This document shows positions 19,829-29,848 of a stretch of 64,000 nt of DNA, in pieces. Within the stretch, counting starts at the first letter, position 1; each line of letters starts with the position of its first letter. The translations under genes were made by a program, and so were the position numbers. The stretch spans positions 59,307-123,306 of the forward strand of contig VEMX01000028.1 in assembly GCA_009711805.1 (NCBI GenBank), read 5' to 3'. The notes below the pieces were generated by a model. It worked only from the letters and a program-made list of their open reading frames with translations, ran no database searches and was not told the DNA's origin. This DNA is from Balneolaceae bacterium (GTDB lineage Bacteria; Bacteroidota; Rhodothermia; Balneolales; Balneolaceae).

Positions 19829-19980
19829 TCCGCGCGAAACTACTATACCCAAACCAACCTCCCGGCCTTTTTTCCAGTTCCCTTTTCTCGCAGATTCCCG
19901 CTGATGAACCGCTGAGTTGCGCTGATGGTTTTTGGAATACGGACGGCATGAGCTTAAGAACTTAAATCCCCATCATCCGG
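19829..19980 (+). repeat. Repeat B1 (diverged member of the A-repeat family)
   Basis: ...cgaaactactatacccaaaccaacctcccggccttttttccagttcccttttctcgcagattcccgctgatgaaccgctgagttgcgctgatggtttttggaatacggacggcatgagc...atccggcccg. It is colinear with A1/A2. Confidence 0.85.
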
Positions 19981-19983
19981 CCC

Positions 19984-20116
19984 GCTCCGCGTAACTCTGC
20001 GCATAACTCCGCGAAACTCCGCGTGAAACTATTCTACCCAAATCAACCTCCCGGCCTTTTTTCAGTTCCCTTTTCTCGCAGATTCCCGCTGATGAACCGC
20101 TGAGTTGCGCCGATGA
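19984..20116 (+). repeat. Repeat B2 (decamer leader plus core, 3'-truncated)
   Basis: ctccgcgtaactctgcgcataactccgcgaaactccgcgtgaaactattctacccaaatcaacctcccggccttttttcagttcccttttctcgcagattcccgctgatgaaccgctgagttgcgccgatg. Confidence 0.85.
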
Positions 20117-20160
20117 ATTTAGTGAGGATGAAAGAACAGATTATGGAATTTCATCTTTAG

Positions 20161-20259
20161 GCTTTTTCTCTACAGGAAGCCGGAGCTTCTCTCCTAAAGG
20201 ATGACCATATCACAGGTTGTATTAAGAAGCCAGAGTTTCTCATCTCAATGAATAAATAG
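20161..20259 (+). pseudogene. Short diverged duplicate of the rho 3' end
   Basis: Translates to [32 protein letters not shown], compared with the rho C-terminus [27 protein letters not shown]. The last 27 nt (20233-20259) match 19772-19798 at 26 of 27 positions. Confidence 0.65.
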
Positions 20260-20458
20260 AAGATTTGGTGTCTTCTCCCAAAGCGGATTAACCTGGTTTA
20301 GAAGGTGTAATGTGTGCAAAATGTCGCTTCGAAAGGAATTGAAAGCGCTTCCTGTAATTTGTCTTACTTTTTTGTTGGCATTTTAGGATAATATCAGATA
20401 TCCTCAGCTACCTTATTAATTCAATATGTAGTAGTAACAAGCACCAAAAGAACACTCA

Positions 20459-22261
20459 ATGGCTTTATCGGGATTAGACTGGGGTATTATTGCTCTATTT
20501 TTCATCATTGTGCTGGCAATCGGCTGGATCACTTCCAAAACAGCAGGCAAAAACACCGAAGAATATTTTTTAGGGGGGCGATCTATGCCGTGGTGGCTGC
20601 TGGGTATTTCAATGGTAGCTACTACCTTTTCAGCGGATACCCCAAACCTTGTTACTGGCTTTGTGCGCGAAGGTGGAGTTGCCAAGAACTGGGCGTGGTG
20701 GGCTTTCCTGATTACAGGGATGGTCACCGTTTTTATATATGCGAAATTATGGAGGCGATCGGGAGTTGCCACCGACCTCGGACTCTATGAACTGCGATAT
20801 GGCGGTAAACCGGCTTCTTTCTTAAGGGGTTTCAGGGCTTTATATCTTGGTCTCTTTTTTAATTGCCTGATTATGGGTACGGTAACCCTGGCAGCGATTA
20901 AGATTGGAGGGATAATGCTGGACCTGGAACCTTTCACAGTGGTGGGCATAGTAAGTGTGGTTGTAATTATATACTCAAGTCTTGGGGGGATTAAAGGGGT
21001 CATCTGGACTGATTTCTTTCAATATGGGATTGCTACCGTAGGAGCGATTTATGCAGCTTACGTAGCGGTCAATCAACCCGAGATCGGCTCACTCGCAAAT
21101 CTGCTGGATAACCCGGTTTTACAGGGTAAATTGAATATTATGCCCGATATTTCTGACCCGTCGGTATTTGTGACTATGCTGATTATCCCCATAGCCGTTC
21201 AATGGTGGGCCGTGTGGTATCCCGGGGCAGAACCAGGAGGCGGCGGCTACATAGCCCAACGTATGCTTTCGGCCAAAGATGAAAAAAATGCCATCGGAGC
21301 TACCCTTCTTTTTAACTTTGCACATTATGCTTTAAGGCCCTGGCCCTGGATTATTGTAGCTTTGGCTTCCATTATCCTGTATCCCGATCTGGCTTCTATC
21401 AAGGCAGAGTTTCCCAATATTACAGATCAATATCTTGGACATGACATCGCCTATCCGGTTATGCTCACCAAGCTGGGCACAGGCTGGCTTGGACTGGTAG
21501 TAGCCTCGCTGATTGCGGCGGTAATGTCAACCCTGAGTACTCACCTCAATTGGGGGGCTTCCTATATTGTTAGTGATTTCTATCAGCGTTTTCTAAAACC
21601 TGATGCAACAGAGAAGCAACAAGTTATGGTTGGGAGAATATCCACCGCTGTATTAATGATATTGTCGGCCATACTGGCATTAACCATTCTCGAGAATGCT
21701 ACCCAGGCTTTTGATATTCTGTTACTCTCTGGAGCTGGATCCGGGGCTATCTATCTGTTGCGATGGTTCTGGTGGCGGATCAATGCCGTAACGGAGATTG
21801 TAGCCATGGTATCAGCCACTATTACTGCTTTTATACTGGTATTGGTGGTTCCGGATGAAGCCGTAGCTACTGCCTTATTAGATGCTTCCTCGGTTAAGCT
21901 GCTGATTGCTATTGCTATTACAACGGTGGTGTGGCTGGTAACTACATTTACTACCAAGCCCGAGTCAATGGATGTTCTTATCAATTTCTGCAAAGAAGTG
22001 CACCCGGGTGGACCTGGCTGGAGAAAAGTGTCGGAAGAAGCAGAGGCCCGGGGAATTGAATTAAAACAATCCATGACAAAATGGGATATGCCAAGTAGTC
22101 TTTTAAGTGTAATGCTGGGGTGTATTGGTATCTACAGCTCATTGTTTTCGGTAGGTAACTTCCTGTATGGCAATGTAATACAGGGAAGTCTGCTGGCTGT
22201 GGTTGTAGGAATTTCCATTTTCTTGCTCATGAAAGTGTGGACTAATTTAAATATAGAATAA
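20459..22261 (+). CDS. Sodium:solute symporter family (SSS) transporter
   Basis: 600-aa polytopic protein with the typical SSS layout (..GGRSMPWWLLGISMVATTFSADTP.., ..IYLLRWFWWRINA..). Confidence 0.85.
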   Translation: MALSGLDWGIIALFFIIVLAIGWITSKTAGKNTEEYFLGGRSMPWWLLGISMVATTFSADTPNLVTGFVREGGVAKNWAWWAFLITGMVTVFIYAKLWRRSGVATDLGLYELRYGGKPASFLRGFRALYLGLFFNCLIMGTVTLAAIKIGGIMLDLEPFTVVGIVSVVVIIYSSLGGIKGVIWTDFFQYGIATVGAIYAAYVAVNQPEIGSLANLLDNPVLQGKLNIMPDISDPSVFVTMLIIPIAVQWWAVWYPGAEPGGGGYIAQRMLSAKDEKNAIGATLLFNFAHYALRPWPWIIVALASIILYPDLASIKAEFPNITDQYLGHDIAYPVMLTKLGTGWLGLVVASLIAAVMSTLSTHLNWGASYIVSDFYQRFLKPDATEKQQVMVGRISTAVLMILSAILALTILENATQAFDILLLSGAGSGAIYLLRWFWWRINAVTEIVAMVSATITAFILVLVVPDEAVATALLDASSVKLLIAIAITTVVWLVTTFTTKPESMDVLINFCKEVHPGGPGWRKVSEEAEARGIELKQSMTKWDMPSSLLSVMLGCIGIYSSLFSVGNFLYGNVIQGSLLAVVVGISIFLLMKVWTNLNIE

Positions 22262-22270
22262 CATCAGATT

Positions 22271-23620
22271 ATGGATAGAAAAACATTTATTCGAAATGGA
22301 ACAATAGCTACTGCAGGAACGATACTGGGGGCTCCATCAATATTGCGAGCCGGGCAAAAACTGGATAAAACAGTACGAATTGGCTTTGTAGGCACGGGCC
22401 TGAGAGGGCGTAATCACGTCAACAATATCCTGGATTTGGATGGAGTAGAATGCCCTGCTTTTTGTGATATAGATCCGGAAGCCGTAAAGCTTACCAACGG
22501 AATTTTTAAAGAAAAAGGTAAGGAAGCTCCAAAAGTATATAGTGCTCACGAACGCTCGTTCGAGGAGATGCTGGAAAACGAAGATCTGGATGGAGTAATT
22601 GTAGCTACCAACTGGAAGTGGCATTCTCCCATCTGCCTTAAAGCCATGGAAGAAGGTGTATATGTAGGTACGGAAGTATCAGGCGCTTTTTCTGTGGATG
22701 AATGCTGGGATCTGGTGAATACCCACCAGGAAACGGGTACGCACTTAATGTTTCTCGAAAATGTGTGTTACCGGCGGGATGTGATGGCTGTACTTAATAT
22801 GGTGCGGGATGATGTTTTTGGAGAATTACTCCATTTCCGAGGAGGGTATCTCCACGACCTGCGGGCTATTAAATTTAATGACGGCGATGGTGGCTTAGCT
22901 TATGGTGAAGAGAGTTACGGTGAAGCCCGCTGGCGAACCAATCATTCAAAACATAGAAATGCTGACTTGTACCCAACACACGGACTGGGACCTATAGGCG
23001 TAATGGCGGATATGAACCGGGGGAACAGGCTCACCAGTATTTCTTCTTTTGCCACAAAATCCCGTTCACTCAAAAATTATATAGATAAGCATCCCGATGG
23101 AGGAGAGGATCATCCTTACAGCAAAATTAATTGGGAGTTGGGTGATATTGTCACTTCAACCATTACCACTGCACGTGGAGAAACGATTATACTTACCCAC
23201 GATACCAACACCCCCCGGCCGTATTCACTGGGCTTCAGGGTTCAGGGAGTAGACGGATTAACCGATTTCGATTATTATTCGCGACGGGTGTATGTTGAAG
23301 GAACATCCGATCCACACCGATGGGATAAAGCCCAGGAATGGTTCGATAAATATGACCACCACTTGTGGGAAAAATATGGTGAGATCGCCAGGGGGGGTGG
23401 ACATGGCGGGATGGATTACTTCCTTGACCGTGCGTTTGTTGAAAGCGTTCGCCAGGAACTGCCGCCGGTGCTGGATGTATATGATGGAGCCGTATTGCGG
23501 GCTATCACCCCACTTTCCGAGGTTTCAATTCAAAATGGAGGAGCTCCTCAGGCTATTCCCGATTTTACCGAAGGTAAATGGATAAGCAGAAAGCCAGTAT
23601 TTGGCTTGGGAAATTTGTAA
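22271..23620 (+). CDS. Tat-exported Gfo/Idh/MocA NAD-dependent oxidoreductase / GH109-like glycosidase
   Basis: Tat-like N-terminus DRKTFIRNGTIATAGTILGAPSILRAG. Rossmann motif IGFVGTGLRGRNH. The roughly 450-aa size and architecture match the GH109-like family. Confidence 0.75.
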   Translation: MDRKTFIRNGTIATAGTILGAPSILRAGQKLDKTVRIGFVGTGLRGRNHVNNILDLDGVECPAFCDIDPEAVKLTNGIFKEKGKEAPKVYSAHERSFEEMLENEDLDGVIVATNWKWHSPICLKAMEEGVYVGTEVSGAFSVDECWDLVNTHQETGTHLMFLENVCYRRDVMAVLNMVRDDVFGELLHFRGGYLHDLRAIKFNDGDGGLAYGEESYGEARWRTNHSKHRNADLYPTHGLGPIGVMADMNRGNRLTSISSFATKSRSLKNYIDKHPDGGEDHPYSKINWELGDIVTSTITTARGETIILTHDTNTPRPYSLGFRVQGVDGLTDFDYYSRRVYVEGTSDPHRWDKAQEWFDKYDHHLWEKYGEIARGGGHGGMDYFLDRAFVESVRQELPPVLDVYDGAVLRAITPLSEVSIQNGGAPQAIPDFTEGKWISRKPVFGLGNL

Positions 23621-23629
23621 AACATAACT

Positions 23630-24529
23630 ATGAAACCAACACTTATTGTTTTAGCTGCCGGAATGGGCAGCAGGTATAGAGGTCTTAAACAGCTGGATGA
23701 AGTAGGCCCTTCGGGCGAAGCTATTATGGATTACACTATCTATGATGCGATTCAAACCGGCTATGGCAAAATTATTTTTGTAATCCGCGAAAGTATGGAA
23801 AAAGCTTTCAGGGATGCTATCCTCAGCAAAATACCTTCGGATATAGAGACCGATATTGTATTTCAGGCGCTTGATGACCTTCCGGGAGGACTCAGTGTGC
23901 CTGACAAGAGAACCAAGCCTTGGGGCACTGCTCACGCTTTGTGGGTGGCAAGAGAGGTTGTACAAGAACCCTTTGCTATGGTTAATGCAGATGACTATTA
24001 CGGACGGGATGCTTTGCAAGCGATGAATTCACATCTTGCAGAGCTAAATGCGGATACCGTATCGGCTTGCATGGTGGGCTTTAGGCTGGAGAATACATTA
24101 TCTGAATTTGGATCGGTTTCCCGGGGAATCTGTGAAGTAGATAATAAAGAACACCTCATTGGTATAGAAGAACGAACCCAAATAGAGAAGAATAAAAACG
24201 AGATTTTCTTTGAGGAAGAGGATGAGCGTCATCCATTAACAGGGAATGAGATTGCTTCTATGAACTTAATCGGCTTTACACCTCCGGTGTTTCAGCTCAT
24301 TGAAGAAGGTTTTATTGAGTTTTATAACAGCAAAGGAGAGGATCTTAAGGCAGAATATTATGTACCGGAAGTGCTTAAAGACCTGATAGCTGATGGATAC
24401 CAGGTTCCGGTGCTCCCCACAACTTCACAATGGTTTGGCGTTACGTACCGGGAAGATAAACCTTATGTAGAACAACAGCTTTTAGCGTTGGTAGAGAAAA
24501 GGACTTATCCGAAGCGTTTGTGGAGTTAG
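23630..24529 (+). CDS. Sugar-1-phosphate nucleotidylyltransferase
   Basis: N-terminal nucleotide-binding loop LAAGMGSRYRGLKQL. GT-A-like NTP-transferase fold (..NADDYYG..). Confidence 0.8.
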   Translation: MKPTLIVLAAGMGSRYRGLKQLDEVGPSGEAIMDYTIYDAIQTGYGKIIFVIRESMEKAFRDAILSKIPSDIETDIVFQALDDLPGGLSVPDKRTKPWGTAHALWVAREVVQEPFAMVNADDYYGRDALQAMNSHLAELNADTVSACMVGFRLENTLSEFGSVSRGICEVDNKEHLIGIEERTQIEKNKNEIFFEEEDERHPLTGNEIASMNLIGFTPPVFQLIEEGFIEFYNSKGEDLKAEYYVPEVLKDLIADGYQVPVLPTTSQWFGVTYREDKPYVEQQLLALVEKRTYPKRLWS

Positions 24530-24530
24530 A

Positions 24531-25601
24531 ATGTGTAAAGATGTATTGGCAGTAATTCATAAGTTTTCAATATCGGGAACGCCAGTGAAAGCGGTTCCTT
24601 TTGGCGGCGGACACATCAATAAGACTTATAAAGTTACAACTCAGGAAGAGCATTCGGCCGATTATCTGCTTCAGCGGATTAACCATAATGTATTTTCTGA
24701 TGTGAAGGGCCTTATGGAGAATATCTATAAGGTTACAGCTCATATCAAAAAGAAAACAGCACTCGGAGAAGAACACGTACTTACGATTGTTAAGACCCGG
24801 GATGATAAATTATACTACAAAAACGGAAACGGATACTGGCGGGTATTTGAGTTTTTAAAAGGAGCACAATCATTCGACAAAGCTCAGACCCAAAAGCACG
24901 CCTTTGAAGGCGCCCGGATGTTTGGGTTGTTTCTCAAAGATTTGGCCGATTTCCCGGTGGGTGAACTTCATATCACGATAAAAGATTTCCATAACATCGA
25001 TTTTCGACTTCGACAGTTTGAGGAAGCTTTGAAAAGTGCAGATGAAGATCTAATTGAACAGGCGGCCGGGCAAATTCACCTGGTTCAAAAGTATTCTGAT
25101 CTTATGTCAGGGATATATAACAAAGCAGTTTCAGGTGGGTTACCCCTCCGCGTTACCCATAATGATACCAAGTTTAATAATGTACTGTTAAACAAAGATG
25201 GCATGGGGCAGTCCGTCATAGATCTGGATACTGTGATGCCTGGTTTTGTTTTTTATGATGTTGGAGACGGAATAAGGACGGGCGTTATTAACGCGGATGA
25301 AGATGAACAAGATCTGGATGATGTTGTTTTAGACATCGACAAATACCAAGCTTATATAGAAGGGTATTTAGATGGGACAGGAGATATTTTGACACCTGAA
25401 GAACTAAAGAGCATTCCGTATTCGGGAGCGTATATGGCCTATATAATGGGAGTGCGTTTTCTCACCGACTACCTGAATGGAAATATCTATTACCGCGTGC
25501 GTTTTCCGGAACACAATTACTACCGGTCTCGGTGTCAGCTCTATGTGACTTCACTGCTATTGGAATATACCAGGACAATTAAAAGCCTTATGAAGGTGTA
25601 A
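24531..25601 (+). CDS. APH-fold anomeric sugar kinase (NahK/AmgK-like)
   Basis: Catalytic loop VTHNDTKFNNVLL and metal-binding IDLDT of the aminoglycoside/choline-kinase fold. About 356 aa, starting 2 nt after the nucleotidyltransferase stop. Confidence 0.7.
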   Translation: MCKDVLAVIHKFSISGTPVKAVPFGGGHINKTYKVTTQEEHSADYLLQRINHNVFSDVKGLMENIYKVTAHIKKKTALGEEHVLTIVKTRDDKLYYKNGNGYWRVFEFLKGAQSFDKAQTQKHAFEGARMFGLFLKDLADFPVGELHITIKDFHNIDFRLRQFEEALKSADEDLIEQAAGQIHLVQKYSDLMSGIYNKAVSGGLPLRVTHNDTKFNNVLLNKDGMGQSVIDLDTVMPGFVFYDVGDGIRTGVINADEDEQDLDDVVLDIDKYQAYIEGYLDGTGDILTPEELKSIPYSGAYMAYIMGVRFLTDYLNGNIYYRVRFPEHNYYRSRCQLYVTSLLLEYTRTIKSLMKV

Positions 25602-25621
25602 AACCATTTCCTGTAAATAGG

Positions 25622-26470
25622 TCAGGGTTTTATCTCCTTAAGGCCAAACTTTTTGTTTTTTGTTCGCTCCAGGCGGCCTGCTTTAACATGGATGGAATGG
25701 TAAAAAAGGAGATACGCTTTTTCTTTCAGTGCTTGTTTCAGAATCAGGGTTTTGGCTTTTTTGGATTGCAGGGGATCCACATGCATTTGTTGAATGGAGT
25801 AATTCAATTGATGTTCGGAAGGAATTAGGTCTCCCAAAAAATAAGCATACTCTCCTGAATCGTAGATTTTAACAATTTGATGGCCTGGTGTATGTCCGCC
25901 GGTTCTAATAAGCTCAATTCCCGGAAGCAGCTCAAAGGAGGTATCGGTAATCATAACCAGCTTATCATCAGCGGCAAGTTTATACATTTCGTCCATTTTG
26001 TAGCCGGCTTCCAGCTTTTTTGCAGGCTCTCCAAGCTGCTGCAGAGCATAGTGCCATTCCTTTTTTTGAAGGAAGTAATTGGCATTAGGCAGGGTAGGTT
26101 GAGTGGAGGAGCTTTCATCCACATAGGTTGAACCGGCGGCATGATCAAAATGGAGATGGGATAAAACCACGTGGGTTACATCAGAAGGGGAAATGCCAAA
26201 AATATCAAGATTGGTAATGAGGTTAGAGGTGTCTTCATACTCACTTTTATGGTCAAGCCCCCAACCAAGGCCTGTATCAATAATCACCACCTGCTTGCCA
26301 TCCCTGATTAAAATAGGGTTGATTCCAATAGTGGTTGCCGAGTGCCTGGAACGGTCCATTTCAGGAGGGGAGGTAATGTCGTGGGCGTCTATTTTTGTGA
26401 TGACTCCACCAGTGTAAACATCAAAAATGCCTTCACTTAACTGTTCAATTTGAAAGCGACCTATTCTCAT
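25622..26470 (-). CDS. Metallo-beta-lactamase-fold hydrolase
   Basis: HxHxDH motif LSHLHFDHAAG, and a later GGHTPGH. Confidence 0.85.
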   Translation of the reverse strand: MRIGRFQIEQLSEGIFDVYTGGVITKIDAHDITSPPEMDRSRHSATTIGINPILIRDGKQVVIIDTGLGWGLDHKSEYEDTSNLITNLDIFGISPSDVTHVVLSHLHFDHAAGSTYVDESSSTQPTLPNANYFLQKKEWHYALQQLGEPAKKLEAGYKMDEMYKLAADDKLVMITDTSFELLPGIELIRTGGHTPGHQIVKIYDSGEYAYFLGDLIPSEHQLNYSIQQMHVDPLQSKKAKTLILKQALKEKAYLLFYHSIHVKAGRLERTKNKKFGLKEIKP

Positions 26471-26570
26471 ACATTCCCTGAATTAATAATGACCCTCTGT
26501 AGTTTGTTGATTTGACCACAGACAACATAATAAATCTTTGGTTTCTATCAATTCATTTTATCTTTGAAGC

Positions 26571-28175
26571 ATGAAAAAATATGACGCTATAATCATAGGT
26601 TCAGGCCATAATGGATTGGTTACCGCTTGTTACCTGGCAAAAAATAACTATAAAGTGTTGGTGCTTGAGCGCGATGATACAATAGGAGGTGCCGTTCGCA
26701 CCGAAACGATGTTTCAGTCCAAAGAGCATCCGCATGGCTTTAGAATGGATGTAGGATCCTCGGTTCACATCATGATTCACCAAACGGGCATTATCGAAGA
26801 ACTGGAACTGGAAAAATATGGGCTCGAGTATATCGATATGGACCCTATTATGTCGTACCCGGTACCTACGGCTAAGGGGGTTATTCATTTTTGGAAGGAT
26901 ATAGAACGTACGCTTGATTCTATTGCTAAAGTGGCTCCCGAAGATGTGTCGAATTACCGGGATTTTATACAATTCTGGGGGAAGATTAATCAAGGGGTCC
27001 TCAAAGCTTTTATGACAACACCTTCTACCGCTAATATTATTTCTGAAATAGCAAAATCTCAATTTAAAGATGGAGCTATGTTCCGAAAAGGGGAGCAGGC
27101 AGCTGGCCTACAAAAAATCCTTTCCAGCTATGGTAAAGTGGTGGATGATGCCTTCGAAAGTGAATATATGAAAGCCGCTGTACTTTGGTTTGCGGCTCAA
27201 TCAGGTCCCTTGCCGGATCACTCTGCTACCGGCGATTTTGCAGGATGGCAGTCTATGTTACACCAAAGCGGAGCCAAACATCCCAAAGGAGGTAGTGGGA
27301 TGCTTACCCAGGCCATGAAGGCTATGATAGAGGCACATGGAGGAATAGTAGAGAGCGGTAAACCCGTAGAAAAAATCCTGATTGAAAATGGAAAAGTATT
27401 TGGAGTCCGAACAAATGAAGGGGAAGAGTATAGGGCCGATACCATAGTTTCAAATGCCCATGTTCAAACTACCATGATGAAGATGGTGGGGCGGGAACAT
27501 TTAGAGGACTCCATGTTTAAGAAAGTTGGTGATATTAATGTAGGCAATGGTTTGGGAATGGTAATACGCTGTGCCGTTGAGGAATTACCGCAATACACAG
27601 CTGCTCCGGATGATGCCTACATACACAACGGCATTCAATTGCTGGCCCCCTCGGTGCAGTATATGAACAATGCCATAGGAGATTATATGAAAAAATTTCC
27701 GCCTGAAAATCCGGCTGTGCTTTGCATGACATTCAGTAAAATTGATCCTGAAGTGGCACAGGATGGGAAGCATACATTATTTGCCTGGGCTCAATGGCAC
27801 CCCTACGAATTAGCCAATGGCATGCATTGGGATGACATCAGGGAAAGGGAAGCTCAAAAAATTTATGATGTAGTGGTAAAATATGCCCCCAATATGGAGG
27901 ACAAACTAATTGATTGGTATATTCAGTCACCTTTGGACATTGAACGGAAACACGGGCTTCTGCGGGGAAACGTGATGCATGTTGAAATGAATTTTGATCA
28001 AATGTTTATGTTTAGGCCCATTCCTGAAATGAGCCAATATGAAACCCCTATTCAAAATCTGTACCTGGCAAGTGCTTCCTGCCATCCCGGAGGGGGCGTA
28101 TTTGGAGCTGCAGGACATAATGCGGCACAGGTTATTCTCAAAAATAACAACAGAAAACTATTTTCATTTCGCTAA
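26571..28175 (+). CDS. Phytoene-desaturase-family (CrtI-like) FAD-dependent oxidoreductase
   Basis: Dinucleotide-binding YDAIIIGSGHNGLVTACYLAK..LVLERDDTIGG. C-terminal LASASCHPGGGVFGAAG, typical of the family. Confidence 0.8.
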   Translation: MKKYDAIIIGSGHNGLVTACYLAKNNYKVLVLERDDTIGGAVRTETMFQSKEHPHGFRMDVGSSVHIMIHQTGIIEELELEKYGLEYIDMDPIMSYPVPTAKGVIHFWKDIERTLDSIAKVAPEDVSNYRDFIQFWGKINQGVLKAFMTTPSTANIISEIAKSQFKDGAMFRKGEQAAGLQKILSSYGKVVDDAFESEYMKAAVLWFAAQSGPLPDHSATGDFAGWQSMLHQSGAKHPKGGSGMLTQAMKAMIEAHGGIVESGKPVEKILIENGKVFGVRTNEGEEYRADTIVSNAHVQTTMMKMVGREHLEDSMFKKVGDINVGNGLGMVIRCAVEELPQYTAAPDDAYIHNGIQLLAPSVQYMNNAIGDYMKKFPPENPAVLCMTFSKIDPEVAQDGKHTLFAWAQWHPYELANGMHWDDIREREAQKIYDVVVKYAPNMEDKLIDWYIQSPLDIERKHGLLRGNVMHVEMNFDQMFMFRPIPEMSQYETPIQNLYLASASCHPGGGVFGAAGHNAAQVILKNNNRKLFSFR

Positions 28176-28184
28176 GGAGATTCA

Positions 28185-29249
28185 TTGCTAAGACCAAAAG
28201 TAGTAGTACATCTTTCAAGATTCGATAACAACCTTCAGCTCATACGGTCAAGAACGAAGCCCGGGGTCCAGGTTATGGCCGTTGTGAAGAATGAAGCCTA
28301 TGGGCATGGCCTCATACCGGTGTGTGAGCATTTGAAAGACCAGGTTGATTGGTTTTGTGTGGCCCGTACCGAAGAGGGGGTAAAAATGCGTGAGGCGGGG
28401 ATCGAGAATCCCATTCTTGTGTTTGAAGTTCCATGCGAAGAAAACATCCGGGACTTTAATACACACGACCTGACGGCCACGATCAGTGATCTTGCTCATT
28501 TTGATTTGTTGGAAGAAGGCACCCAATGTCATATGAACTTCGATACAGGCATGACACGGTTGGGAATTCGGGCAGAGGACGTATCCCAGGCCGTGCAGAA
28601 GTTTGATGACAATAAGCAGTTAAACATAACAGGAATCTACACGCATTTCTCGGATGCTGATGCTCCACAAAAACCCGCAACTAAAGAACAGCTTAGTCTG
28701 TTTAACAAAATTCGGTCTCAGTTTCCTGCCATTTTATATACCCATGTGTCGAATAGCGGAGGAATTTTTTATCATGACAGTAAAGAGACGGCATTTAATG
28801 GAGTGCGCGCCGGAATTTCACTCTATGGGTATGAGGCGGGGGAACAGCCGATTCCAGAACTTCAACCGGTTATGGAATTGAAATCGAGCCTGGTACAGGT
28901 GAAAAAAATCCAGAAAGGAGATGCCGTCGGTTATGGAGGACGCTGGATAGCCGAAGAAGAAGGCTGGCTGGGTATTATCCCTGTAGGCTATGCGCATGGC
29001 GTACCACGGCCGTTAAGCGGACAGATTAAAGTTCAAATCAAGAATCGTTTATATCCACAGAAGGGGACTATCAGCATGGACTATATGACCGTCTTTCTCG
29101 GGGACGATAAGCTTGAAGAAGGAACTTCACTTACCCTATTGGGAGATAATCCTATTTCTGCTAAGACATGGGCCAGGATATTGGGAACCATTCCTTATGA
29201 GATCATTACCACTATTCCGCAGTTTGTTGCCAGGGAATATGTGAACTAA
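28185..29249 (+). CDS. alr: Alanine racemase
   Basis: PLP-lysine motif AVVKNEAYGHG, and the C-terminal domain GYGGRW..VGYAHG. TTG start with AAGGAGA about 5 nt upstream. Confidence 0.88.
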   Translation: MLRPKVVVHLSRFDNNLQLIRSRTKPGVQVMAVVKNEAYGHGLIPVCEHLKDQVDWFCVARTEEGVKMREAGIENPILVFEVPCEENIRDFNTHDLTATISDLAHFDLLEEGTQCHMNFDTGMTRLGIRAEDVSQAVQKFDDNKQLNITGIYTHFSDADAPQKPATKEQLSLFNKIRSQFPAILYTHVSNSGGIFYHDSKETAFNGVRAGISLYGYEAGEQPIPELQPVMELKSSLVQVKKIQKGDAVGYGGRWIAEEEGWLGIIPVGYAHGVPRPLSGQIKVQIKNRLYPQKGTISMDYMTVFLGDDKLEEGTSLTLLGDNPISAKTWARILGTIPYEIITTIPQFVAREYVN

Positions 29250-29725
29250 AGAATGATCTTATCAAGTTCCAGGTCCACACGAATGGTATCATCGGGAAAA
29301 GTTCTATCTCTGTGAAGTTCAGGAGGAACAAAAAGTACCCTCTTTCCACCATTTTTCATACCAAGTACCCCTTCCTGTATCCCTTCATGCAAAAAGACAG
29401 AACTATTGCCTGTAGGAGAAACTGAAGCAGTAACAGGTTGTGAGTTTAGATTGATATAAGAACTTTTGATAATGGTACCTTCGCTGCTTCTTAAGGTATA
29501 GTATACCGTTATAAAGTCTCTGAATACCACTCCGTATTGGCCACTGCCTTCCTTTACTTTGTAATAGATGAGCCCGGAGTCTGTTTCTACCTTAGTGGCA
29601 CCTTCCAGTGAAAAAGGATCGGGAACAAGGGAATAATCAATTTTAAAAGGGTCTTCTTCGTTACAAGACACGAGTATTAAACAGAATACAAAAAGGGTAA
29701 ATAGTTTGGCTAAAGGTTTACTCAT
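29246..29725 (-). CDS. FKBP-type peptidyl-prolyl isomerase lipoprotein
   Basis: Lipobox CLILVSC. FKBP signature GMKNGGKRVLFVPPELH. Confidence 0.8.
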   Translation of the reverse strand: MSKPLAKLFTLFVFCLILVSCNEEDPFKIDYSLVPDPFSLEGATKVETDSGLIYYKVKEGSGQYGVVFRDFITVYYTLRSSEGTIIKSSYINLNSQPVTASVSPTGNSSVFLHEGIQEGVLGMKNGGKRVLFVPPELHRDRTFPDDTIRVDLELDKIIL

Positions 29726-29848
29726 TAAAATAGCTTTGTGAGATTCTTTTCTGAATTAAATTTTTTTAAACACTTATTATTATAAAAGCAAGTTTAAAGA
29801 TACGAGATGATGACTTTAAAACCATACCAATCTTAGATTGTACTTTAA

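Noticed and set aside
13683-20116. Whether the A/B repeats could be a CRISPR array.
   Set aside because: The units are about 130-180 nt, occur as two separated pairs rather than a regular repeat-spacer lattice, differ substantially between loci, and no cas genes are present.
20385-20410. The imperfect palindrome aggataatatcagatatcct upstream of the SSS transporter, considered as a possible operator.
   Set aside because: It has only 6-bp arms with an asymmetric centre, there is no cognate regulator gene nearby, and it cannot be distinguished from chance in AT-rich promoter DNA.
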